Assembly: GCF_000281045.1 (NCBI RefSeq) | Contig: NW_008246091.1 | Coordinates: 360,190-409,351 of the forward strand | Length of the DNA stretch: 49,162 bases | Reading direction: 5' to 3' | Source of the DNA: Saprolegnia diclina VS20 | Taxonomy: Eukaryota | Part shown: positions 21,255 to 32,916 of the stretch, piece after piece | Position numbering within the stretch: position 1 is the stretch's first letter | Layout: each line of letters starts with the position of its first letter | The notes under the pieces: generated by a model | Told to the model about the DNA's origin: nothing | Database searches by the model: none | What the model saw: the letters and a program-made list of their open reading frames with translations, nothing else | Translations under genes and position numbers: made by a program

Positions 21255-22393
21255 ATGACCAATCGACTTGCGAAGTCTGGGATGGTCCGACGGATACCCT
21301 CTTCTGTCGCTTGTCGTTTCGCAGTCCGAACCGTCATGACGTCCATCTTTGACGCGGCCAAGGGAGCTCAGAAGCTCTTCCTCGTAAGCAGCAAGGCAGC
21401 ACCGCCGGCGATCTCGACGTGGGCCACTGCGAAGGGCATCGAGAGCGCGGTCGCGGGCGGTCTCGATACGACCTTCTTCCCAACGCTCACGACGCACGAG
21501 CTTGGGCGCCACGTGCTCTACGCCGAGACGCTGCCCTCGACGCAAACGCTTCTGCAAGCGTCGACGCTGGAGCTGCGCCCGCTAGCGCCCGAGGATTTCC
21601 GCCTCGTGTGCTGGACGCCGCTCCAGTCGACGGGTCGTGGCCGCGGCGCCAACACGTGGGTCGCGCCCGAGGGCTGCCTCACGTTTTCGTACCAGAGCTT
21701 CTTCACGGATGGCCAAAGCCTTCCGTTTGTGCAGTACCTCGTGTCGCTCGCCGTCGTGCGCACGGCGCTGCATTTCGGCGCGTCGCGGGTCGCAATCAAG
21801 TGGCCCAACGACATTTACGTCGATGGCATGAAGATCGCCGGCGTCTTGTGCCAGTCCGAGTACTTTCAAGGCCGCTTCTGCCTCACGACAGGTGCGAAAT
21901 GGACCCTGTGTAGCGTTTAATGATATTGCGTAGGCATTGGCTTCAACATTAGCAATCCCGAGCCGACGACGTGCTTGAACAAGCTCGTGGGCACGGCCGT
22001 GACGCGGTACGATGGAAGAGGCTATCTATATGTATCAACTGATTGTGTTTGAAGGGAAGCGTTCATGGCGGCGTACTGCAACATTTACGAGCCAATGGAA
22101 GCGGAGTTCCGTCGCACGGGCTTTGCGTCGTTTGAAAAGGAGTACACCGATCATTGGCTCCACACGAATCAGCTCGTCAAGGTCCAAGGCGATCGCGCTG
22201 GCGAGCCGGAGATGGCGGCCACAATTCAAGGTACTAGACATGAGCACATGTTGACGTTGGAGCCATCGCTCGTCTAGGGCTGTCGCCGTCGGGATGCCTC
22301 CTTGCGTCAAGCGAAAGTGGCCAGCGCTACGAGCTCTACCCGGATGGCAATTCGTTTGATTTTTTCAAGGGTTTACTCAAGCGCAAGGTCTAA
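21255..22393 (+). CDS. HLCS: Biotin-protein ligase / holocarboxylase synthetase (alternative start near 21336); 3 introns
   Basis: LPSTQTLL, QSTGRGRGANTWVAPEGCLTFS, IKWPNDIY, KIAGVLC and C-terminal ELYPDGNSFDFFKGLLKRKV*. Confidence 0.95.
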
Positions 22394-23188
22394 TTGCAGT
22401 GCCGATCGCCCTTCATCTTGGCGCGCAAGTCCAAGAGCTCTTCTCGTGATCGGTTGGCGTCGGCCGTCTAGCACAGCTCATGTTAATCCGTGCTTGAAAT
22501 GCATATATTCCGATTCAAGTACCTCCTTCATGACGGCGTACCCGCCGTACACGCCGCTCTTCTTGACGCGGTACGTATACTGGCTGCCCGCCGTGGTGCC
22601 ACCCGCATATGTCCCAAAAGCAAAGCCTTCTTCGTCCGACTTGGATTTCTTTTTGGCCCGCTAGTATCCAGTTGCGCATGAGAGAGTAGAGAGAGTAAGG
22701 ACGGGTACCTCTTTTTTCTCCTTCTCGTCTTCGTCCGGAGGCGCCTTGATGTAGTGGAACGTCGTAGTGGACACGAGGTCCGAGCTGAATGCGGAACTGA
22801 TCGAGACAGAGACGTCGCTGAGCACCATCTTGACGATGCGCGTCTCTTCTTGGAGACTCGTCGGGTGCATGATCATCATTGCATCGCCGACCGAGAGCTC
22901 GCTCGCGAAGCGCGTACCCATCTTGCCCATGACGGTGGTGCCAGACGTCAGGATACGCCCGGTGCCTTGGAGCTTCACGAGCTGGAAGTCATCGCGGTCA
23001 CCGTCCGCGCCGTCCTCGTCGTTGCTCTGCGCGGTCTCGGCCTTCCGCTTCTTCGTCTTCTTGGTCTTCCTAGCACATGCAGATATAAGCATCCCCATGG
23101 TCATCTTCATGTGTGCGTACTTGGCTGTTAGCGCGAGCCCGCCCTTGAGCTTTAGCTTTCCGCCCACGGTCTTCTTGTACTCGGACAT
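22390..23188 (-). CDS. Conserved hypothetical lysine-rich, probably nuclear, protein; 3 introns
   Basis: MSEYKKTVGGKLKLKGG..., GTGRILTSGTTVMG, and C-terminal SREELLDLRAKMKGDRHCN*. GT-AG introns restore the frame. Confidence 0.8.
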
Positions 23189-23545
23189 TGCCGCCCGCTC
23201 GTCGTGTCCCCTGTTTCGATTGGCTTGTCTCGAATCTGCGTTGGAATTTTCAACAACAGTGTTCCAAAGAGGCACTTGTCTAAAATCACGCCACAAATCG
23301 ACCTTCCAGGGCTGCATCGATCGGTTCGCCTGGAAATGTCGAGCCGCTTGTTGCGTAAACTGGACCTAGCGTGAAAAAGACACCATTTTAATTCGAGCAT
23401 ATCGTGGGCCACCGCCGGCGTGAGTCCATGCACACAATGTCGAGTCTTTACGCGCGGTGTTTCTAGCTGCAAACTGTCTTAATTTATAGACTGAGCGAAA
23501 CCAACGCAACGTGTACCTGCGATCAACCTGCAAGTATCCGGACGC

Positions 23546-24533
23546 ATGGATCCTCTTGTGCTCGTTGGAGCTTGCATCATCTGGCCACGGATGCACGAAA
23601 AGACACCAACGATTGCGCGGCTCCGCGAGCAGCTTCTGCAGGAGACGCCGGAAGTGCGCCTTGTGGCCCTTGGTTTTTGCGAGCTTGATCAGCTCGACGA
23701 CACGATCGAAAAGTACGCGATCGCGCGCGATTGGGACGCAGACGCGACCTTGAGTGCGATGCGCAGCAGTATCGCGTGGCGCGTCGAGCAGGATGTGCCG
23801 TCGCTCATGGCGGGCCCGGCTTTGCCCAACGAGAAGCTCGAGGCCATTCGTCGCTTCAACGTACGATAGTGTTCTCAGTGGCTGCACTCACCCGATCGAT
23901 AGCCGCAAGGATTCCACGGAGAGGACAAGGATGGACGACTTGTCTACATTGAGCGCACGGGCTACTTGGACTGCGATGCGCTCCTCAAGGTCGTGACGCC
24001 CGACGACATTCTCAAGGCGCACGTGCAAAAGTGTGAGTACAAGCTCCACGTGCTCTTGCCGCGCCAGGTCCTTTCTATGCCTTCTCGTCGTGGGCTGAGA
24101 GTGCACTGTGCAGGTGGTCGCGCGCGGCGCCGCCGCGTCCAAGATCGTACTCATTTACGACCTCGCCAACGTGGGCTTTAGTACCTTCAAGACGGACATC
24201 TTTACTGCAATCCAGCGCATCACGAGCATCAACCAAGGTACAGTACCAGTGATCTTTGAGCGGCGGTATTGACGCAATAGTTTAGAGCACTACCCCGAGA
24301 CGCTGCACAAGGTCTACATTGTGAACGCACCCTTCTTTTTTTACGGCACGTACAAGCTCATCGAGGTGTTCCTGAGCGACCGGATTCGCCACAAGATCGT
24401 CTTTGTTGGTCGTAAGGACGAGCTCCTCGCCGACATTCCTGCGGCGTCGCTCCCGTCGTTTCTCGGCGGCAATTGCAACTGCTTTCCAGGCCAGCCCCAC
24501 GGTGCGTCGCCATTTGTACCATCTCTCTTTTGA
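23546..24533 (+). CDS. CRAL-TRIO/Sec14 lipid-binding protein; 3 introns
   Basis: KYAIARDWD...SIAWR, PQGFHGEDKDGRLVYIERTG and HYPETLHKVYIVNAPFFF...LPSFLGGNC. Confidence 0.92.
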
Positions 24534-24737
24534 CGACTACTGCAGGCGGCTGCGTCTCGTCGGCCTCGTTTACGCAGACGCGCTACTTCTCGGCCCTCGA
24601 TGCACACTTTGAGGATTGAGAGAGAGAACGGTTTGCGTGTTCTGAAAGCAAATAGTGTAATATCGTCGATGGCGCGGGCACGACGTCGGAGTCTAGTAGC
24701 GTCGCGGCCGCCTTGTCGTCGGTCAGGCTAATGGCAC

Positions 24738-25226
24738 TTAGCCCATTCGTTCCACGTCTATGGCATCGGTAAGACTCACGGAGGATCGAGACGCGGCGAC
24801 GTACCCGCAAAGACAGCGTCGAAGGTCAGGATGTTGTTTTGCTCAATGATGTCCGTGGGCAGGTCGTTCATTTCGTTCATGTGCTACGCCAGTGGTCCCG
24901 ACCTCTATCTCTCGAGCACTCCGCCCGTACCTGGATCGCATCAAAGAGGCCAATGAAGCGGGGCGTGGTCTCGCCTTCGTCCACAAGGAAGACCTGCGGG
25001 TACGAGCCCCGGACTCCGCTGATGCCAAAGAGCGTGTTCCGCCGGTCGACCATGTCCTCGGCCGACCCGTCGACCTCGACGCGCTTGATCTTCTTGGCGT
25101 CGAGAAGAGCGTTGAGCGACGAGGTGTTGCTCTTGTTTTCGGCCGAGAAGCTCTGGTTGGAGACGAGCACGATGCACTTCTACGAGTCGCCGCGTGAGCT
25201 CGGCCGTCGCCACGTCCTACCTTCAT
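24738..25226 (-). CDS. SH3BGR/glutaredoxin-like small protein (thioredoxin fold, no CxxC); ~3 introns
   Basis: LLDAKKIKRVEVDGS...RNTLFGISGVRGSYPQVFL...FIGLFDAIQ. The first and last micro-exons are inferred from GT-AG sites. Confidence 0.75.
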
Positions 25227-25888
25227 GGTCGTCGTCGTCTTCGGTGGCTGTCGGGTTTTGCTGTTTGAGTGACACCCACGAGCAGTCGGCGGTAATTTAT
25301 TCGCACCGGCCACTGCATTTTTATTCCAAGAACCAACCAATATCTCGGTTGTTGTAAGAACAACATTTGATCGCGAAAAAAATGACATGCCACCCAAGCG
25401 GCTCGCGGAATAAAAATGACCAATCTGTCCCATCGCACATGGCGGACGTCGATCCATTGACAGGCGGGGAGCCCTCTTGATGCTCTTGATGGACCCACGA
25501 CAACAAGCCCCTAAACAACCCTTGCATGCGACGACAACTCAATTTAGTAGCTATGTACTCCGACTAGATCTAATACATGTAGCGACATGGACCAAGTTGC
25601 ACTTTACAGAATCGTCCGCGACGTCGAGCATGCACGAGCGACCTTTGAACGAGGGCATGCGGTGATACTCTTGGATGCTAGTATACGACTACACGTACGT
25701 ACTAGTATTGATACCGTAGTATTATTGCTCGTCAAGGAGCGCGTGCTCTGCTGTGCTTGAAGTGGCAAGCGAGTTGCGTGCGGCCAGCCTCGGCACTTCT
25801 GATTGGCCCGCCGGCGATCCCTGGAAACCATTGGTCAATAATATCCAATAACGCTTGCAAGCGGCGCCGGAATTAGCGGTCGTCCGAG

Positions 25889-27841
25889 ATGGTGGTGGTG
25901 TCGCAGTCGAAGCGCCGGCTCCTCCTGCATGTGCTCCTCGAGCACTTTGGCGAGCACGTCGAGCACCTCGCGCGGGTCCTCCTGAAGGCCGATGACGACG
26001 GCTTCACGCTGCGCGAGATCCTCCTGCACACGACCAAGGCCACGCCGTCGCAGCTCAAGGCCGGCCTCCTGAAGATGCTGCAGCACAACATGCTCGACAT
26101 CAAGTCCCATTGGGCCAACGGCAATGCGCACAAGAAGACGGCGCAGACCAAGCAGCCCTACACGCTTCGGTATACGCTCAACCACGACGAAGTGCTCCGG
26201 CGTCTCCGCTTTGCACGCTACATTGAGCTCGCCAGCTCGGTCTTTGGCGAAGAGGTAGCGCGCCCCAATCGTACGAATGAGCACGTTCGCTCATGGAGGT
26301 ATTGCCTAGGGTGCGATCATTATGGAGGAGCTCTTGGTCTGTGGCCGCCTCCGCCTCGACCAGTCGATCGAGGCCATGGCGTTCAACCTCGCACAGGCGC
26401 GCCGCGCCGCCGATGGCAACTCGGAAGACGATGGTACTACTACGCTGAATCGTGTTCTGTTTTGCCTCATACGCTGTATGCAGTGGACGCGGACGAGCTC
26501 GACGCCCTCAAGGCAACGCTTCGGTCGACCTTTCTTGAGATGGCCAAGAACCGCTACATCGTGCGCGTGCACCCGCTTGACCTCAACAACAAGCACGCGG
26601 ACGATCCGTTTGCAGACGAAGCCGAGGTGGCGTTCGAGAAGCTCGCGGCGGCGGCGTCGTCGCCGTCCTCGTCCTCCAAGGCCGCGCCCAAGTCCAAGGC
26701 GAAGAAGCCGTCGGCTGACACTGTCGAGCTCGACGATGGGTTCTCGGTGCGGCGTGGCACAAAGCGCAAGGCCAAAGCGCCGCCAAAGGACGTCGTTCCA
26801 ATCGAAGTCCAGCTCATGATGCAGGCAGAGGAGGCCGAGGCGTCGACACCGCCGGCCGCGACCAGCGCGCCAGTCTCGTCTGGCGGTCGCCGTCGTCGGA
26901 AGGAGGCCAAGCTGCCATCGACACCGACATCGCTTCTCGACAACGGCCAGGGCGACGACGTGAGCCTGAAGGAAGAAAACGCCATTTGGCGTGCCGGCGT
27001 CGCGCAGCTGACGCGCGAGCTGCGCCACCGCGCGTGCATCAAGTTTGCGAAAGAAAGCGTCAACGACGTGGCCGAAGTCATCGTGCAAGCCATGCTGCAC
27101 GCGTCGTCGCCGCACGAGCGCGGCGAGGCCGAGCCGACGTCGTTCCCGATGACCGCGCGCGACCTTTTCAAACTCCCGTCTGTCGACGCGGTGATTCCGC
27201 ATACGTCGCGCGACCGCTGGAAGCTGCTCCTCAATTACCTCACGGCCATGTGCCAACACCCGTCGGGCATGCTCACCAAGACGGCCCCCGAGGCGTTTGC
27301 CGCCAACAAGACGGGCGACGGCGGCACGTACGCCGTGCACATGCAGAACGTCGTGTCGACGCTCGAGCGCAAGACAGTCCACGCGTTCGTGCAGGACACG
27401 TACGGCACGGCGAGTGCGCGCATTCTCCGCGTCGTGTACGAGCAGCGCCAGGCCGAGGAGAAGACGATCGGGGAGCTCGCGCTTTTGCCGGCGAGCGAGA
27501 CGCGCAGTCGACTCTTTGGGCTCTTTCAAGCCAAGCTGATTCAGATGCAGGAAATCCCCAAGCGCGCCGACTACAACCCGCAGTACACGCTCTACTGCTG
27601 GTCGGTGGACCACAAGGCGCTCATTCGGCGCCTCGTCGAGCGCATCGAAATTTCGCTCGTGCATTTGCGGACGCGCCGCCAGAGCGAGGCCGACGAGCAC
27701 AAGGATCTGATCGCGCGCTCGGACCAGCTCGTCGAGCAGCACGACCTCGACCGGTTCGACCGCGTCTGCCGGTCCCTCGATCGGTTCGACCGCCTCGTGC
27801 TCCAGTTGGACCGCATGCTGCTTCTCTTGTGCCACTTTTAG
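25889..27841 (+). CDS. POLR3C: RNA polymerase III subunit RPC3 (C82/C62); introns 26255-26309 and 26434-26483
   Basis: LLEHFGEHVEHLARVLL, GLLKMLQHN, RRLRFARYI...FGEE|GAIIMEELL, YGTASARILR...EEKTIGELALL and QMQEIPK...YCWSVD. Confidence 0.93.
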   Translation: MVVVSQSKRRLLLHVLLEHFGEHVEHLARVLLKADDDGFTLREILLHTTKATPSQLKAGLLKMLQHNMLDIKSHWANGNAHKKTAQTKQPYTLRYTLNHDEVLRRLRFARYIELASSVFGEEVARPNRTNEHVRSWRYCLGCDHYGGALGLWPPPPRPVDRGHGVQPRTGAPRRRWQLGRRWYYYAESCSVLPHTLYAVDADELDALKATLRSTFLEMAKNRYIVRVHPLDLNNKHADDPFADEAEVAFEKLAAAASSPSSSSKAAPKSKAKKPSADTVELDDGFSVRRGTKRKAKAPPKDVVPIEVQLMMQAEEAEASTPPAATSAPVSSGGRRRRKEAKLPSTPTSLLDNGQGDDVSLKEENAIWRAGVAQLTRELRHRACIKFAKESVNDVAEVIVQAMLHASSPHERGEAEPTSFPMTARDLFKLPSVDAVIPHTSRDRWKLLLNYLTAMCQHPSGMLTKTAPEAFAANKTGDGGTYAVHMQNVVSTLERKTVHAFVQDTYGTASARILRVVYEQRQAEEKTIGELALLPASETRSRLFGLFQAKLIQMQEIPKRADYNPQYTLYCWSVDHKALIRRLVERIEISLVHLRTRRQSEADEHKDLIARSDQLVEQHDLDRFDRVCRSLDRFDRLVLQLDRMLLLLCHF

Positions 27842-28168
27842 ATATAATTCCTTTTGCAGTTAGTACAAACGCTGCCGTGTATTTGCTACGAGCAGTCATC
27901 ATCATGCCCCTCTAGTCCTAGTCAGACTAGACGAGACGCAGCCTCGTACCAGTCCACTACAACTTTCGCAGGAACGACACGGCTGGTGCGACCTGCCATG
28001 CCAGCTAGAGACAGCTCGCCTACTTGCACGAGCCTGACGTAGTTGGTCGCGCACGTAATCGTATTGGAGATCGCACTTGATTTTTACTTACAACAACACT
28101 CCACGAGGAGAGGCCTCGCCGTCTCTCCGCTCTAAAATGTACACTAATCGCTTCCTAGTCGACTCGTC

Positions 28169-29625
28169 TTACTGCAGCCGCAGGGTCTGGTGGAGGCTCC
28201 GGGTGTGGCCCTCCTGGACTTCCATGCGCACCTCCATGCGCGCCAACCCGACCGCGAGGTGGTCGATGCGGTGCGCGTGGTCGTGCAGCGTCTGCGACAT
28301 GTTGATCTGCTGCGTCGCGAGCTGGTGCTGCGTCTGCGTCGTTTGGCTCAGAAGGTTCATCAGCAGGTTCTCGAGGCGGCTCTCGCTCGTGCTGCCCGGA
28401 GCCGGCGGCGCCAAGTCCATGTTGAGCCCGACTGTGAGTGCGTTCTGGGCCGCGACTGCTGGTGGCGGCGTCGCAGCTTTGCCGTCGAGCCCGCCCTTGG
28501 CATTCGGAAAGACGCGCGCGGGGCCGTCGAGGCTTCCATCGCTGCTGCGTGTCGGGTCGGTCGAGCTCGTCGAGCTCCGGCGCGCGGGCGGCGCCATCTC
28601 GGGCGTCTGCGCGCCCACGAGGTTCTCCATTGCGACGTTGGCAAGCTTCTCGAGGATCGTGGCGTCGCACGACGTGCGCGGCTGCACGTCGAGGACGAAG
28701 ACCGTGCCGAGGACCTGCCCTGTCCGGTGTTCGCAGATCGGCGCGCTCGCGTAGAAGCGCACGGACGCCGCGCCCGTCACGAGCGGGTTGGACCGGAAGC
28801 GCGGGTCGAGGAGCGTGTCCAGCGCCACGAGCGGGTCCTTGGAGACAATGGCGTGCGCGCAGAACGCCACGTGGCGAGGAATCGACTTTTGCGCGAGGCC
28901 GACGCTGGCCTTGAACCACTGGCGACTGCCGTCGATGAAGCTCACGGCGGCCATCGGGCACTGCAGGCGCTCCGCCGCCATCGCGCAGATGCGGTCAAAC
29001 ACAATCTGCGGCTGCGTGTCGAGGATCTTGACCGAGTCGAGCGCGTCGAGGCGCGAGCTCTCGTCGCGCGGCATCGGCGGCCGCGGCCACGCGTGCTCCC
29101 AGTTGAAGTCGAGCTCGTAGTCCAAGGCAGGAGTCGCCATCATTGTGGCGTTCTGCTGGTAGTGGTATTGGCCGTCGCTGCTGTCGTCGCCGTCGCGGGA
29201 CTTGGTCACTGGCGACTGGAGCTGGTTGACCATCCACCGGCGCTGCGACTCGTCGGACGACGACGGCAGCGACGTCATGATGGGCGGTGGCACGGACGTG
29301 CGGCCGTTGCCAAGCGTCACGATGCACGAGAGGCAGACGCGGACGTTCATGGTGCCGACGGACGAGATAAAGACGTTCTTGTGCAAGGTGCAGTTGCCGC
29401 AGACGACTTCGCCACACTAGACAACCATGAGCAGTCGAACGGGCGCAAAGACCGTCGTACCATGCGGCAGTGGTGCTTGCGCCGGAACGTGTTAAAGTTG
29501 CGCGTGCACACGGGGCAGAGCGACCGCTCGTAGTCGTTGACCCAGTCCTCGGCGGGCAAAAGCTGGTCGACCTCGAGCATCTCGAGCGCCGGGTTATTCG
29601 TCGTCGTCGCGCGCTGCGATGGCAT
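28169..29625 (-). CDS. FYVE + GAF domain protein with a C-terminal coiled coil; intron ~29418-29460
   Basis: WVNDYERSLCPVCTRNFNTFRRKHHCRM|CGEVVCGNC. The GAF domain reads ESSRLDALDSVKILDT...RQWFKASVG...AFCAHAI...DPRFRSNPLV...RFYASAPI...LGTVFVLD. Confidence 0.93.
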
Positions 29626-29636
29626 GTCTGGCTGGC

Positions 29637-29652
29637 GAAAGGCAAAATGAGC
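29637..29652 (-). promoter_or_regulatory. Inr (imperfect FPR) core promoter of the FYVE-GAF gene
   Basis: The minus strand reads GCTCATTTTGCCTTTC just upstream of the ATG at 29625. Confidence 0.5.
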
Positions 29653-30713
29653 TCAGCACTCACTGGCATACGCGACCTATCTCCCACACGCCACAACAGA
29701 AAAATCCGAGTCTCCGGTTTTTCGAAGCTGAAGATGAGAAGCAGTGTTTTGAGTTTCAGTTCCATACGAAACTCAATTAGGTAGCCTCGTTTTTTGGATA
29801 TCAAGGCGTCGTTTGTATCGCAACCCGCTTTGAGGCGTGTCCAAGCGACCACGACGTAGCTGTGGTGCTCAATTGAGTTCCGTGAGCTCTGTGGAGGCGT
29901 GTGGGCACTTAGAGCGAGCGGCGTGATGAATCGGACGTCGACGTCGTAATTCGTGCGCGTTGAATTGTAACTCGAGCGCGTCGTAGGTGCGATACGTGGT
30001 ACGCATGAGTGTGTGGCGTCACGTGGGTTGCTTTGCACTTCTTGCGCGCTTGACACAGTGTCCTTCGCTCCGGCACTGAACGCTGCGTGCACCTCCCCCT
30101 CGACCATCAAGACAGCACGGCGTCCCACGCCCCGTCGTGCGTTTCTCAATCCTGAGGTTGCGTGTTTTCTGTTGAGTTTGAGTGGTCGACGGACACGACG
30201 CCGTTGCCACCAGACGCGCGACCGAGTCGAGCGTTGATATTTACGAGGTGATGCGTTTGCTAATATGTGTCGTCCACACCAGCTGGGACTTTCGCCGAAC
30301 AGCTAAATACCGTAAATCTTGGGCATGCGAATCCAAGGCTGCTTTCGTCCCCCAGCGCTGGACGCGCAGCATCATCAACCAATGGCAATTGGCACTGTTT
30401 GCGGCTAGTAAATGTTATGTGGCAAGTGTATACATGTCGGGCCCGATCAGGTTTGTGGGCACTCGTGTCGGTCGGAGCCCTACCCCGGGTGCATGGCAAG
30501 GAACGTCCAGCGAGAGTAATGCTGGCACCTCGGCACTGCACATCATAGCCGCACATAAATATGATCTGTCGACGCCAACCGGTATTACGCGTAGCATTGT
30601 CGACACGGACGCGAAATGGTAGTACTGCAGGGAGTTATCTGAGGTTTACTTTGCTCTAGCTCGGACGCCCTCGCGCGCGAAGTAGAATGGCCAATCGTGT
30701 GTAGCCCTGCTTA

Positions 30714-31697
30714 CTATTGGCCGAGAATCTTGATGAGCGCTGTCTTTTGGAGCGTCGTAAGGTACTTTGGGAAGAGAATGTCGAACTGCAGGACGAGGTC
30801 GCCGCGGCCGTTCTCCGTGTCAGGAATCGGCATGCCTTCGCCCTTGATGCGCTTCTCCGACTTGGGCGCAATCACCTCGTTGCAACTGATCGGGAGCTGG
30901 CGCCCGTCGAGTGTCGGCACTTGCACGCAGCAGTCGGCGAGCGCATCCGCCAACTTGATCTTGGCGACGTAGATGAGATCGTGCTTGACGCGGCGAAACG
31001 TTGAATGGGGTGCTTCGGTGATGGAGAAGACGACGTCACCGGCACTGAGCTCCTTTGTTTCGGTGCCTTCGCCTGCAAACGTCACCTTGGTGCCGGCCGC
31101 CCATCCTGGCTGCACCTTGATGAAGAAGACCTTGATTTCTTCCTTGAGGTCAGGGCCGTGAAACCGGACGCGCGAGACCGACACCTTCTTGGTCGCGCCA
31201 CCGTGGAAGAGCTCGTCCAACGTGCATTCGATGTCGCGGACAATCGACGGACTCTTCTCCGGCCCCTTTTTTTTGAGCGCGCTCGAGAACGGTAGCGTAT
31301 CGCCAAAGCCAAAGTCGCTAAACGGGTTGTTCGAGCCGAAGAATTTTGCGAAAATGTCCTCCGCCTGCCGGTCGTTGAAGCTGTAGCCGTCGCGCGCATC
31401 GCCGTCCGCGTTGGGCACGCCGTTGCGAAGACCATCGTAGCCGTGTTGGTCAAAGACCGCGCGCTTCTCGGGGTCGCTCAAGACGTCGTAGGCTTCGGAG
31501 ATTTCATGGAATTTGTTTTGAGCTTCGTCGCGGTTGGCCTTGTTCTTGTCCGGGTGCCACTTCATGGCGAGCTTGCGGTACCTAGCATGCGTCGTATTTG
31601 AGCGCCGAGTATTCTCGGAGAAGGAGACAGCCTACGCTTTCTTGATGTCTTGGTCCGACGCACCGCGGACAACGCCCAAGATCTCATAGTAGTCCAT
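30714..31697 (-). CDS. DnaJ subfamily B protein, DNAJB13/RSP16-like; one intron
   Basis: MDYYEILG...[38 protein letters not shown] and [18 protein letters not shown]...GEGMP. There is no zinc finger. Confidence 0.9.
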
Positions 31698-32916
31698 CGT
31701 CGCCCGACCTTGCCGGTACTCCTCGCGCTTGCGTCCGACGAGGGGTTTCGCCGTTTAGTGTTGCTTGAAGTCGTTTCAAACGCCGAACGGACCCTGCTGA
31801 ATCAAGGAGGATACCAGGAGATACCTTGCTAGAATACAAGTTGGTTGTGTTCTGGGTCTGCAGTGCGCTCAACGTTTGTGCGTCTTGTCCCAATTGCCCA
31901 GTGTTGTCCAGCGGTATTTTTTCTAAAAGTTGCAGGCTCTCTCGGTGTGTGCGAATTATATCGCAAGCGGGGATACCACGTCCTTCTAAGCTTACCTTAG
32001 TGCCCACATTTCTTACGTAGGGAGACCGCCGCGAGTAGCCACCGTGGCGAATGCGTGACCAAAGCACCCGTTGTAGCGTTGAAGTGCTCGCAAGATATGG
32101 CATCAAGTATAAAAGGTCTTGTATCTCCTACTAGGGTCAGGTACAATCAATCTACCTGGGGAATGAAAACGTTTCTAATTTAACCGCAGGTACCCTGGTG
32201 TCGGCTCATTGTAAGTAGTATCTCGCAGGGTCAAGCTCATCCGTACTAATCTTTCGCCTTTTACTAAAGATTACCGTGGGCATGTCTCGATCAATGCGAC
32301 TTCACAATTTATGACCTCCCTCTGGGGGGACCAATTTTTGAATGCCCTTCCAACAAATTTACACTCCAAATCCGTCTCAACTCTTTCTACACACGTTGCA
32401 CCAATTCTTAGTACAAACACGACACTTTGACCGTTGTGAGCGAACAGAGTCAAAAGAGAAGAAGTAGCGCTACTGGCCGATGTGTATTGCCGTGACTGGA
32501 TTGCACTGGGCGAACTACAAGTAGAGTGTGAGCGAGCTGTGGTGTGGTGCGGCTTTTTTGACACACTAATTTTGGCGTAAACCTTAAATAGTCACAAATA
32601 GCCACATTTTGGATGAACGCATGCGGACCGCCAGCAGTCGGCGACCAAATCACGCCAAAAAATGAAATCGCTCATACTTGCCACGTCGACAAAAGACACT
32701 CAGGAGAGTCCAAAATGCGTTGTTGCGTCGGCGTTCGAGCCCTATAGCTCAAGCTATTGGCCAAATACTTTTGTCCGGAAGCGTCCGGATTTGAGCCAAT
32801 CAGAGACGCCGTAGGGTCGCCTGCGGAGGTCTCAAGCAAGGAGCAAGAGAAAGCCATGCAGACAGCATGTCGTTTGGTTACGTTAGTCAAATATATTGCA
32901 TGTATTTTTCGTTTCT

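Noticed and set aside
25889..27841. POLR3C as a single intronless 650-aa ORF
   Set aside because: The middle is out of frame. Two introns (55 and 50 nt) compensate each other, and the conserved GAIIMEELL segment lies in another frame.
26306..29533. Long antisense ORFs 26306-27835 (-) and 28190-29533 (+)
   Set aside because: They mirror real genes with strong GC3 bias, which suppresses stops on the opposite strand.
29700..30650. Overlapping short ORFs between FYVE-GAF and DnaJ
   Set aside because: No recognisable motifs or coherent exon structure; treated as intergenic.
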